From Prorocentrum cordatum (lineage: Eukaryota): a stretch of DNA of 64,000 bases. How positions within the stretch are numbered: position 1 is the first letter of the stretch; every line of letters starts with the position of its first letter. Below the pieces are notes generated by a model. That model did no database searches and was not told where the DNA came from. It was given only the letters and a program-made list of their open reading frames with translations. This document shows, piece after piece, positions 26,421-37,073 of the stretch. The stretch lies in assembly GCA_963575745.1 (NCBI GenBank), contig CAUYUJ010000115.1, positions 248,001 to 312,000 on the forward strand. Reading direction: 5' to 3'. Made by a program: the position numbers and the translations under genes.

Positions 26421-26452
<32 letters not shown>

Positions 26453-27569
26453 ACGGACAAAGACAAAGACGACGACGACGACGACGATGACGACGACGAC
26501 GATGACGACAAAGACGACGAAGACGACGACGACGACGACGAGAACAAGAGGGAGGAAGAGGACAGGAGGTGGGGCGGCGGCTGCGGCCGCTGCAGAGCGC
26601 GCGGGGCACCAGGCGGCTTGCGAGCGGCGAAGCCAGCGTGGCAGGACGCGGCGCTGTGGTGCGGCACCGCAGAGCTGTGAGCTGCACTGCGGCCGCACTC
26701 CGCCGACCCGTGGGGGGGGACGGCGCGAGGGCCTTTGCCCCCCCCGCCCGAAGGCAGCCCCCCGGGCCAGCCCGCGGCCCCCGCGGCGGGGGGCCCGCCG
26801 GGGGCAGGCAGAGGGCTCGCCCCGAGGGGCGGGGGCCGGGTGGCGGCACGGCGGCGAACCCACCGGGCGGCGGGGGAGGTCTGCGCCTTCCAGGCGGCGG
26901 CCGCGTGGAGGGTGCTCTGGGCCCGCCCCCCCCCTGCCCCCGCCCACCCCCCCCCCCCCCTGCCCCCCCCCCTGCCCCCCCCCCCCGTCACCCTTCCCCC
27001 TTCCTTCCCCCTTCCCCCTCCCCCCCCCCCCTATCCCCCCATCCCCCTGCCCTGCCCCTTTCCCCCTGCCCCGTTCCCTCCCGCCTGACGCATCCGCACC
27101 CCCTCCCCCTGTTGGCGAGTGCGATCGCGGCTGTCGTCGGGAGCGCGGCAAGCGGCGGGAACTGTTGGCGGCTCCCTGGAAGCTGGGGCCGCGTCGTCGC
27201 TGGATGCAACGTCCTTTGGTGCATCGGTGGGGTATGGTACGATCTGGGTGGGCATAGTGGGGTCGATGGTGGCACTCCTTGTTCTGCTTGAGCTGGAGGT
27301 TCGCGCTGCTGGTGCTACGTGTGCTGCGTGGTGATAGCCAACTCCGTCTCCTCTCCTCCTTTTCCTCCTCTTCCTCCTCCTGCTCTTTCTCCTTCTGCTT
27401 CCCTCGCCCCCACGCGGGCCCCAGGGATGGCCCGAAGAGGCTCTCCAAGGCCGCCCTCTTGCTGCAGAAATCTCTCTGTTCACCCTGGTTGCCCACTCTG
27501 CTGCACTACATGTGTCTCTCCGTCCCCTGCCCTCGTCACCTCTCACGGGCGACAGTTACGAGTGGGCAT

Positions 27570-27755
27570 GTGGGGAGACGCGAAGCGTGAAGAATGGGGT
27601 TATTGGTACAGGGCAGAGGGGTAAGGGAGAGGGAGAGGGGACCGGGGCAAGCCAGGCGCGCCGAATGGGCTGGTGGGGAGACGCGAGGCGTGAAGAATGG
27701 GGCTCATTGTACAGGGCAGAGGGGTAAGGGAGAGGGAGAGGAGACCAGGGCAAGC
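27570..27755 (+). repeat. ~103-bp tandem duplication carrying the GTGGGGAGACGCGA(A/G)GCGTGAAGAAT hairpin end motif
   Basis: Copies start at ~27570 and ~27673. Confidence 0.75.
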
Positions 27756-27885
27756 TGCACATCGTTCATTTCTAATCGTGCTCATTTCTAGTTGTGCTCG
27801 CTTCTACTTGTTCCTGGCCCCCTGGTGGCCAGGAAGAGGCCCAGGATAGAAGGACTAGAAATGAAAGGATCTTGGCCCCCCAAAA
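27756..27885. mobile_element. MITE family A, copy 3 (right end missing)
   Basis: Aligns to copies 1, 2 and 4 over ~130 bp. Confidence 0.7.
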
Positions 27886-29358
27886 AGTTGGCGAGGGAGA
27901 GGGGACCAGGGCAAGCTAGGCGCGCTCCTGCCTGGCATCCGGGACTTTCCCGCCCCGCCCTCTTTTTCCGGGTGCGAGGCTGCGCCTGGATATCTCCGCC
28001 GACGGGTGCCCCCTCACGACCCCCATCGTGCGATGCGCCATCAGAGAAAGGCTGCGTACACGGGAGGAGGAGGAGGAGGACGACGACAACGAAGAGGAAG
28101 AAGAGCAAGGCTGCGTACACTGGAGGGGGAGGAGGACGACGACGACGGGGAGGCAGAAGCAGAAGAAGAAGAAGAGGTGGCGGATACGAAGAAGAGGGCG
28201 CAGAGAGGAAGGAGAAGGAGGGAAGATGGGAGGAGACGGAGGAGCGGCGGCAGCCGGAGCAGGAGAGGGGGACCAGGACTCGGGCGGGAGCAGGAGCGGG
28301 GGGGAGCGGGAGAGGAGCGGGAGAGGAGCGGGAGAGGAGCGGGAGGGGGCGGGAGGGAAGGGGGCGGCGACGACGGGGGCTCGACGCGGAGCCAGGCGCT
28401 GGAGGCGGGTGCGCCGCCCCGAGCGGCGGGAGCAGAGCGCCGCGGCAGCCAAGCGAGGCCAGCTCTGCAGCGGCGCCGCGGCACATCGTCGGGGGGGAGG
28501 GGGGGGGGGGGGAGGAGTGCTCAGAGGGGGCCAGGTGCAGGGGGGCAGGGAGGAGACGAGACGGGGGAAGGGCCAAGCCCAAGAGGTCCGTCTGGGCCAC
28601 CAAGATCTGGGATCGCCTCGGTCGTGGTGGGTACGGGCAGGTCTCTTCTCGGCGCCTGCTGCGCGTTCGTGAGGTCCGCACGATGGTGCTGGAAGTAGGT
28701 TTTACATGTGTGCTTGCTCCTCGGAGATTCTCTGGTGCGCAAGGTCTTGCCCAGGAGAGCCGAGGAGAAAGGGGGAGGGCAGACCAGGCAGCAGGATGCG
28801 CTCAGACGCATCGTCGCGCCCCTCGCGCGGGCACCTCCCCCACCTGCGCTCCTTTTTCGACGTCGGCGCGCCGTGGTCAAAAGGTCGCACTCTCATTAGG
28901 TGTCGGCTCGAGCTCCCCGGGGAGCGCCAACCTCTCGGAGGGCGACCAGGGAGGGAGGGAGGGCGAGGCGAAGGGATGGAGGGAGCAGGGAAAGAGAGAG
29001 AGAAAGAGAGAGATGAACACAGATATAGAGAAGGAGAGAGAGAGAGAGAGCGAGAAAAAAAAACACATATACCATCAGACTCCGGTTATGCAACAACAGA
29101 AACAGCATCTACCACGGCGTCCCGTATTTCTGCTTAGGCTGCTGGTCTCTGGCATCAGGGCAGGGTTTGACACTGCATGAGCGCATGGCTTGGCATTGCC
29201 TGGCGCTGATTGGCATTGGCTGTCAATTCTAGGGAATTGTTTGGCCCCAAGAGGGCCCCCAAAGTGCCCCAAGTGGCTCCGCAAGGACCACAAGAGAGAC
29301 CCAAATTGACTCCAAGACATCTCCGAGAAAATACTTCCGGGACGGTTGTTACACAACA

Positions 29359-29445
29359 TGCTTCTGCACTTCCCTGGTCAAGGCAACTCGCCTGGCGATC
29401 TGCTTCTAGATGAGCTGGTGAGGATCTGCGAAGCATCAAAAATTA
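29359..29445 (+). repeat. Uninterrupted copy of the repeat end into which the giant LINE inserted
   Basis: TGCTTCTGCACTTCCCTGGTCA..CAACTCGCCTGG..ATCTGCTTCTAGATGAGCTGGTGAGGATC|TGCGAAGCATCAAAAATT aligns with 30889-30956 joined to 57348-57365. Confidence 0.75.
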
Positions 29446-29639
29446 CTCGCCCCAAAAAGGCGGCAAGAAATAACGACTTAGTCGGGCATGTCCTCTCCTA
29501 CAAGCGGATTCTGGGTGATCATTCTTTTGCGCCAAAAAACGCGTGGATCTCCCCGTGTGTGCATCTATTTGAATGGACCCGTCCGCCGTGAGTGTCTAGA
29601 CGCAAAGGGCCTTCGGATATAAACGTGCGTGATGTATAA

Positions 29640-29890
29640 ACCGGGTTTCGTATGGCTGATTGCGAGTGTCAGTTAGTCTGGGTATGAGAGAGCCTGAATA
29701 CGAGTGGGTCTAAGAATGCGTGAGTCAGATAATGATCGAGTCTGAGTGAGAGTGGTCTGAGTGTGGGTAAGTCAGGGTGTGAGTGGATCTGAGTGTGAGT
29801 CTAATGGGTTCGAGTCTGAATCAGAATGGGTTTGAATACGAGTGAATGGGTGGGTCTGAGTGCGAGTGGCTCTGAGTGCGTGTAAGCCTG
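29640..29890. repeat. Degenerate (GAGTCT/GAGTG)n satellite, left part
   Basis: The same repeat type resumes at 57365. Confidence 0.75.
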
Positions 29891-30956
29891 AATCCCACCA
29901 GCCCTCTGGGAGTAGGTGGTTTAGGGAGTTTCCTCTTCCACCCCCCTTCTTCCCTGTTAGTAAGCACCTCCGCCCCCATCCGGCCCGCAGCCAACCAGGA
30001 ACCATGCGCACACCACGAAGGCTCCCCCCTCACAATCCCTGTCAAAAAACAATACGACATGCACATTGCAAGACTCACCCTGCAAACACCCTCCACAATC
30101 CCAGTGAAAAACTATACGACATGCACATTGCAGCAAAATCTGGACAGTGCGTTGGCGCCCTGTGAGCACGTTATATTGTTGCTTGACAGTCATGGCGGGG
30201 CACCCTTAGTGAAGCCGCTTTGTGCAGGACCGCCATCCGTGTCAAAAACAATGCAAAGCGCACGTTGCGACAACGTCGTGGGTTTTGTACTGGCCTCCCG
30301 CGTTCATTCTGCATTGTTTTTTGACAGGGGCGGCGGTGGTGCCCGCATGATGATGCTTGCTGTGCGCAGGCCCAGAACAATGCTGACGCCCCCCACATCA
30401 GCATCTGGACCATGCGGACAGGGGGACATCACGTTTTTTACAAGGATGGCACACCAACCGCATGTGGAGCCGGCGGCGAGTGTCGCGCACCTGGCGTCCG
30501 CGTTGGTCCCCAGCGGCTGTCCATCCAGTGGCGACCCCTGGCTATGCCGAGACTCGGATGCCACTTATGTGGTGGGAGGGCGGGTGGGAGTGAGCTTGAC
30601 AGCTTGGCCCCCAACACGTCCCAAGAGTCCACCAAGAAGCGCCCAAGAGATATCCCAAGAAGCTCCGAAAAAAAACATCCACGAGACCTCTGGCCCTTTT
30701 GCTTACTCTCCTCCTCCTCCTCCTGCTCCTTCTTCCTCCTTATACTCCTTCTCTTCCTCCTCTTCCCCCCCCCCCCCACCCCCACCTCCTCATCCTATTC
30801 ATCAGCCTTCTCCCCACTCCCTCATATATCCATCCAGCCTCCTCCTTCTCCTTCTCCCTCCGTCACACGGTTCGGCCTTCCCCCTACTTGCTCCCGCACT
30901 TCCCTGATCACCTCAACTCGCCTGGACATCGCTTCTGGATGGGCTGGTGGGGGATA
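29891..30956 (+). mobile_element. AAT-bounded non-autonomous element with an 11-bp sub-terminal inverted repeat; its 3' hairpin end is displaced to 57335-57364 by the LINE
   Basis: AAT followed by CCCACCAGCCC (29894-29904) pairs perfectly with GGGCTGGTGGG (30941-30951). The displaced end reads ACGC-GAA-GCGT-TTATAAT. Confidence 0.65.
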
Positions 30957-32617
30957 TTTTTGATCGCAACCGCGTCGAGGGAAGTCGGGCGGCGTCAGAG
31001 GCGTTGGTGGGGATACTTTTGATTCGCGGCCCGCAAGGAGAAGTCCAGAGGGCGGCGTGACCGAGGCTGGGGCACAGCGACAGATAATTGGCGCGACATC
31101 GCGCCGAGTGCACCTGCAGATAATTAAAAAGAGACGGCCACGGTTCAGCCCGCGGGTGGAAGCGAACCGAACGCGAGACCAGCCGCTGAACATGTGTCAG
31201 CTGAAGCCCTGGTGCCACCACGCGGACCCCGAAAGCCGCTGAGCGTGCGCCAGCAGAAGGGGGCCAGGCGGAAACAGGTCGGACCCGCAGGTGGAGTACC
31301 GACTGTCAGGGGGCGCGAGGAGAGATGGGCAGCACAACCTAAGGGGAAGCGTGGCGAATCCACTCACTTGACTCCCAGCGCGCGGGCCAGCGTGTACGCG
31401 GGCCACACACAAGCCACCGAGGGGGGTTCGGGCCACTGAGCATACTTCTCACGGCCCGCACTCCCAGTCAATGCCTGGGAAGGGTTATTTCAGCCAACAC
31501 AGGGGAGGGCGCCCGCGGTGGCCGCAGGTACCATGGCGGCGTGGTGCCTCCGCTCCCAGGAGGCACAAACTATGGCCAGAGCCAACATCTAGCTCAGACG
31601 GCAGGGCGGCGCCTTTGGCCGTCGACCCTGTCCACCGCGGGCCGGCAAGCGGCCAAACCATGAGTCCAAAATGCCGGCCGCACAATCTACACGCCCATGT
31701 GTATGGGGGTCAGAAGTGGTAGTCGCTCCTGCGAGCGACGACGTGGAAGTCACTGCACTTTGCCGACTCCAAAGGATGGGGCACATGGAGGGGCCGCGGC
31801 CAGCGTCCGATGCGTCCCGGCCCGCACACGGCACGGGCAAAGTGACTGGGTGGAGCGTGCCGAGAAGTGGGGAGAAAACGCCTTAAGCGAGCCTGCTCGG
31901 TGCTCCACGGGCCGCCAATGCGGCCAAACCGACGACGGGGCTATTTCAGCCGGCCGCACGGGCTAAAGGCCCACGAGAACGTAGGAACTATCGCGGTGGT
32001 GGGGGGTGCACCTCAACCCCAGGAGGTAACATCAGTCTGCCCCCGCGGCCCACTGCCTCGGTGAAACACGTCCTGTCGCTGGCTGTGCCGACAGGTGTGG
32101 CCGCTTAGTGGGAACCCAGTGGCCATGGGGTCCACCGCAACTCTTCTTGCCGGTGCGCGGGGGGCCCAGCGGTCGTCGCTCCCCTGTGGCGACGAGGAAG
32201 GGGGGTTAGCAGCCGATAGCCGCAGGTCTTGAGTGTAGAAGCAGTGGCGACGAGGAAGGGGGGTAGCAGCCGATAGCCGCAGGACAACTGATAGCAAGTG
32301 GCGACGAGGGATGGGGAGATGCAGCCGATAGCCGCGGAACTGGAAAGTGAAGCGAGAGGCGGGGGAGAGCGGCCAGAGCCGCAGGACATCGTCCGAGGTG
32401 GGACCGTCCTAGGGGGAGGACAATCCCTCGGTATACGGGCGCGGCAAGTCTTCCGCGAAGGGGGTCACTCGTTGTCCCGGGAGCCCAACGCCGTGCGCCT
32501 TGGCGGCTTTTGGTAGTGTCGGCCCTGCCCTAGTCGGGGGGGGCCCTGCCAGGCCAGCTGCCGGGCTACCAGCGCGCGAGTTCCCTTCCTCGCTGCCGCT
32601 TGTCAGCGTATTGCTCG

Positions 32618-34237
32618 TCACTTTTCGGGGCGGTCCTTTTCTCCCTGTTTCCCCACGTAGCGCCCCTCCATGAACTCTCCTGGTGGCCCCACCCTTCCCA
32701 GCGCGGCCTTGGGCGCCATGGGGCTCCAGAGCTGGATGCTCCCGACCAGGTGGTCTCCCTGTAGTCGGTGCACGCTGGCGGGGCTTGCCGGCTCTGGGCT
32801 TGCTCCACGGGTGCTGCTGCAAAGCCCCGCTGTGTGTGCTAGAGGACTGGGTCTGCTCGCGGTGGCTTGCCCTGTCGGGTGGGACCGGAGGGGTGGGTAC
32901 TGTCCTGCTGCTGTCGGACCAAGGGTATGGGTGGCCCTCGCTGTCTTGCCCCTTGGGTGCGCTGGTCCTTGCGCTGCGCTGTAGTAGGCTACGATATTTC
33001 TCGGTGACCTTTTGCCATCCACCCGGAGATGGTGGTGCCTCACCAACTTATAGGCGCCGTAGCCCGCAGCTTCCCACGCCCGCAGGAATTCTTCGCACAG
33101 CTCCATTGTGTTCCTCTTGGGGTCCGAATGGATGCTGACCCAAGGCAGACCTTGCAGGCTGCCTGCCCTGCGGACCCAACCTGTCCACGCCCCGTTGAAT
33201 GCGCCTCCGAGTGTCTTCTGTAGTCTGGTGACTTTCTCTTGGGCTGGCTCGTCCCTCTGGATGTCGGCCTCGTCGATGGACCTCATGTACATGGGGGCCC
33301 TCCCAGGGGGTCGTCTTGATGTGGAGGTGGGAGTGGCTCTGCCTGTGGGCGAGGCCGTCTCTCTGGGCTGCTGTCCTGCCGGGGGCTGGGCGTCGGGCGG
33401 GTCTCGTGCGCTGGCGCTGCGAGCTCCGGGATAGACTCCTGACGGCAGTCTGGCTTGCTCCCTTTCCCTCTTAGTTTCCTGTTGTCACGGACTTCTTCCA
33501 TGTCCTCCCGGAAGCGGGCCGTCGCGCATGGCGCCCAAGTGGCCGCTTCCTCCTTGGCGGGGGGGACTGTCCACAGCACTGTCCGCTTGTGGGAGCCATC
33601 TCTGTCGCTGGGGCCGTTGGTTTCGGTTTCCTCGGCCTGCTGCGGGGGACTGTCGACCATGGAGACGGTCCTGTCTGGTGGATTGTCCTCATCCCAGTCT
33701 ACCTCGAATGGGTTGTCGCCATTACCGTGGGAGTCCCCTGCCAGGGGATGGTTCCTCCTTTATCTCCTTGGTCGCTTTTGTGGCTCCTGGGGGCTGCTGG
33801 CGGAGGTCATCGCCAGGGGCGCGGCCGTCCGAGGCTGGTGGGCGCTTGCGCCAGGCAGCGGCGGGGGAGCGGTCTCCGGCGTCGTTGCTGCTCCCGGCGT
33901 TACGCTCGCCAGCGAGGAACTCCAGCGTTCCCCCTGCGAGATCGCCCTTCCTCCGGGATAAGAAGCGGTGCAGCGTGTCCAACGGCTGCCGTCGGGGGTC
34001 TCGTCCTCTTTGGCAGTCGAGCGCGACGGAGAAAGAGCGCCAGGCCTCCTGGAACTTCTCATTCCTTCCAACCAGCTGCGCGATGGCATTGGCTGCGGCA
34101 GTTCTATGTCCGTCCCGCGGAATGTGCGGGGGGCGTCCATGCTTGGGGATCTGGCCCCCGTAGATGGAGCGGAGGAAGCTCAGCAGCTGGTTGCGCGGCC
34201 ATTCCGATTCATCGCTGTCTTCACCCACTTTGTCCAT
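32618..34237 (-). pseudogene. 3'-terminal orphan ORF fragments of the element
   Basis: Protein-like segments in ORFs 33722-34237 (EKFQEAWRSF...RDPRRQPLDTLHRFL) and 32618-33292 (LCEEFLRAWEAAGYGAYKLV). Confidence 0.45.
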
Positions 34238-37073
34238 CCCTTTCCCCGCCGAAAGTCGACCAACGAATGTAGACCTCGTGGTTCCATTCCAGCAGAAACT
34301 TCACAAGTTTGCGGACTGGGCTGTACGACTGCCCCCCTTCCAGGCGGAGGGTCGCGTGCGCGGGTAGCTGGGGGGCGCTGGGTGGAGGGGGCGCAGGCAG
34401 AGCGCACCCGAATGTAGCATTGTCATTGGGGACCCTCACCGACCGTGACCCAAGCCCGGGGGGATTGCCTGCGGAGGAGCCCTCGTTTGCGGATGTGCTG
34501 ACAGGAGACGGGCGTGCACTCATGTCGTAGATGTCCCAATCCTCAGCGCCTTCGCTAGTCGCCGTGGGGGCGGGGCTGGGGGGGTAGATCACGTTGGAGT
34601 ACGCGTCCAGCACATTGTTGAGTGCGATGGGTGCGATGTCCCAAATGTGCACCAAGCATCTCCTGCAGGCCCAGCTGGCATTCCATTGCCATTTGATCCA
34701 CAGCGATGGCATTGCTTCCAACGCTGGGAGGCCTGTGCGGTCACAGCACTCGGCGCCTTCTTCAGGGCGCCAAACGAAGCACCCCAGGGCGGGCGTGCCT
34801 GCCGGCCATTCGAGACCTGGGGCGTGCGCGGGGGGGGGGGGGGGGGGAAAGTCGCACTTGGCCGAACGGTGCGCCTCTGCACCGAACCTGCCGTCTGAAA
34901 GCCTTTGCGGTGGCAGCGTGGCGCCTGCGCAGGTGGGGCGGTAGTGGCGCGTCGTACGAAGTAGGAGCCCCTTGAGGGAGACCGCGGCGGTTGTGTCATT
35001 TGGTTCCTGCCAACCCAGTGGGAGCCCGTCCAGGGATGGGAGTGTTCTTGCCCTCTTCTGCTCCCGATTGTCCAGTAGCCTGCGCTTGTGCTCCCGCAGT
35101 AACCATTGCATGGACTTCTTGCTGAAGCGCTCCGCGGGGTCCGGCTCAGGGAGAGAAATGCTTTTCTTTTCCAATGAGGCGACCCAACAGCGTTCGCAGA
35201 GCCATCTGCAGTTTTTCCCCTTCGTGTGCGCCTGCAGGCGGTTCTGGGGGAGTAGCTCTCGGGTGTAGTCGTCTTCCCAGGTGCCTGCGGAGCCATGGGG
35301 CCCCCCGCTGTGGCATCCGTCGCAGCTGCACGCGGCCCCCTTCTGTAGCCTACTGAAGCGCCCATCGTGCAGCGTAGTACCTGGGGCGGGTGAGGCGGGG
35401 ATGTCTTCGTCGAGGCGGTGGTTGGAGATGGCTATCCCTCCGCCTATGTACTGGAAGTCCTCCATGGTACGTGGGCATCCCAGCCCAATCTCCGACCCTG
35501 CCAGCGCAGTGTGAAGCAGGCAGATGGAGCACCCTCCGTCGTGCAACCTGTTCACGTCAGCTGGCTGCACAATTTCCTCTAGTACGCGTAGGGGAGCTTC
35601 CGAAATGAAATCGTGCGACTCCATCCCTGCCCAAGTCTTTGGGCAGCCGTGCTTGTCAGCAATCTTGTGGTGGTGGGCGAAAGTTGCCAGGGCACTCGTG
35701 TGGCGTATGACTTTGGCGAGCTTGGCGCGGAGATTCTCGAGGTCCGCCAGTTGGTGCCCCGACGTCGTGGCGAACTGCGTGCGAAACTCTTTGTGCGCTT
35801 CCTGCCACGGGAGGCACAGGCCCATCATTGCTTCGAAAATGTCCCCGGTGACCTCGGGGTTCGGGAAGGGCCATAGAGTGGCCCGGGGCTCAAGTAACTG
35901 CAGCATCATGACCACCAGTAGTACTCTGAGTGCGTGGGGGGAGAGCGGCTGTCCGCCAGCACTGATAAGCGCGTCTGTGAGCTCCGTATCGATCCCCTCG
36001 TGCTTGAACAAGGCGTTCAGGTTCTCCATACCTGGATGCAACCTGTGCCGACGGCACTTGCAGGTAGTAAAGCTCCATGCCGCTGGAAACTGTTGGAGCG
36101 TGTCGCGGGGGGCGCAGTGACTATTCCTCTTGGGGACCCGGTTGGAGCCCACCATGTGGGGTAGTGGTGGGAGCGACTCGTACGCGACCCCAAACTGCTT
36201 GTCGTTCCATGGCGTGCCGAGCCCGAGGAACCAGACGATGGCCGCCCACGTGAGGTTGTATACTAGGTTGATCGCGTCGATCCCGACTTCCACGTCAAAG
36301 CAGTAACCCAGATGGCTCCATGCTTTCCTGTCTAGACTGCCTGGCTGCCTGGGTGTGGCCTCCATTTGCCATTGGTGGGGGTGTAGTCCGGAGATGGTGT
36401 ACGGCAGGATGCCCATGAGTGGGTCGTCGACCAGCGCCTGGATGCTGTCCGAGAGGGCGGCCCCAAGCTTCGCCCACGAGAACTGCTCATCCAGTGGTGC
36501 TGCGATGCGGTCCGTGAACGAGCTCTCCAATTTGGCCTTGGCCTTCCTGATGGCGTCGCCCAGGCCTTTTACACTGTCGTCCCCGTCATGCGTGGAAGCA
36601 GCTGGGATCCAAGACTCCAGGTCCTTGATGGGGTCGAATCCCTCGTCACAGTGTAGGGTGGTCCGGTTGCCCAGGTCGTCCTCGTGGGAGCGGATCCAGA
36701 GCCCGGCCATCCTCCCAGATTCCGAGAGCTCCCTGAGGTGCGATCCCGCGACCGTGCCGAACATTCTTCCATCCCCGATTATGATAACGTGTGACTTGGC
36801 ACGCGCGATAGCGACATTGACCCTATTGGGATTGTCCATGAAACCCCAGTCGTGGAAGTAGTTGGACCGCGTGGTCAGGTAGATCACGATGTCTGCCTCA
36901 CCGCCCTGGCTGGAGTCGATGGTGGAGATGCTGAGCCTGCCGCTGGCCAGGTGTTTCCCAGCTACCTGGCATATCCCTTGGAATTGTAGTCCGATGCCGT
37001 TGGATGGGGAGCTCCATTGCTCGAAGACCTGTTCGTGTCCTCGCTGGTCCCGGGGGTGGGGAGGGGGTCGCAT
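34221..37073 (-). CDS. SF1 helicase C-terminal domain (AAA_12-like), possible RNase III-like domain and Cys-rich modules
   Basis: STIDSSQGGEADIVI and GFMDNPNRVNVAIARAK..IIIGD are helicase motifs V/VI. GDIFEAMMGL lies at ~35818-35847. Cys clusters CSCDGCH...WLCERC and CCDR...WACRRC follow. Confidence 0.7.
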   Translation of the reverse strand: MRPPPHPRDQRGHEQVFEQWSSPSNGIGLQFQGICQVAGKHLASGRLSISTIDSSQGGEADIVIYLTTRSNYFHDWGFMDNPNRVNVAIARAKSHVIIIGDGRMFGTVAGSHLRELSESGRMAGLWIRSHEDDLGNRTTLHCDEGFDPIKDLESWIPAASTHDGDDSVKGLGDAIRKAKAKLESSFTDRIAAPLDEQFSWAKLGAALSDSIQALVDDPLMGILPYTISGLHPHQWQMEATPRQPGSLDRKAWSHLGYCFDVEVGIDAINLVYNLTWAAIVWFLGLGTPWNDKQFGVAYESLPPLPHMVGSNRVPKRNSHCAPRDTLQQFPAAWSFTTCKCRRHRLHPGMENLNALFKHEGIDTELTDALISAGGQPLSPHALRVLLVVMMLQLLEPRATLWPFPNPEVTGDIFEAMMGLCLPWQEAHKEFRTQFATTSGHQLADLENLRAKLAKVIRHTSALATFAHHHKIADKHGCPKTWAGMESHDFISEAPLRVLEEIVQPADVNRLHDGGCSICLLHTALAGSEIGLGCPRTMEDFQYIGGGIAISNHRLDEDIPASPAPGTTLHDGRFSRLQKGAACSCDGCHSGGPHGSAGTWEDDYTRELLPQNRLQAHTKGKNCRWLCERCWVASLEKKSISLPEPDPAERFSKKSMQWLLREHKRRLLDNREQKRARTLPSLDGLPLGWQEPNDTTAAVSLKGLLLRTTRHYRPTCAGATLPPQRLSDGRFGAEAHRSAKCDFPPPPPPAHAPGLEWPAGTPALGCFVWRPEEGAECCDRTGLPALEAMPSLWIKWQWNASWACRRCLVHIWDIAPIALNNVLDAYSNVIYPPSPAPTATSEGAEDWDIYDMSARPSPVSTSANEGSSAGNPPGLGSRSVRVPNDNATFGCALPAPPPPSAPQLPAHATLRLEGGQSYSPVRKLVKFLLEWNHEVYIRWSTFGGERDGQSG

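Noticed and set aside
26150..29180. Long Arg/Gly/Pro-rich ORFs and possible small exons (~27110-27340, ~28570-28700)
   Set aside because: Mostly low-complexity sequence; no convincing splice model or domain could be supported by eye.
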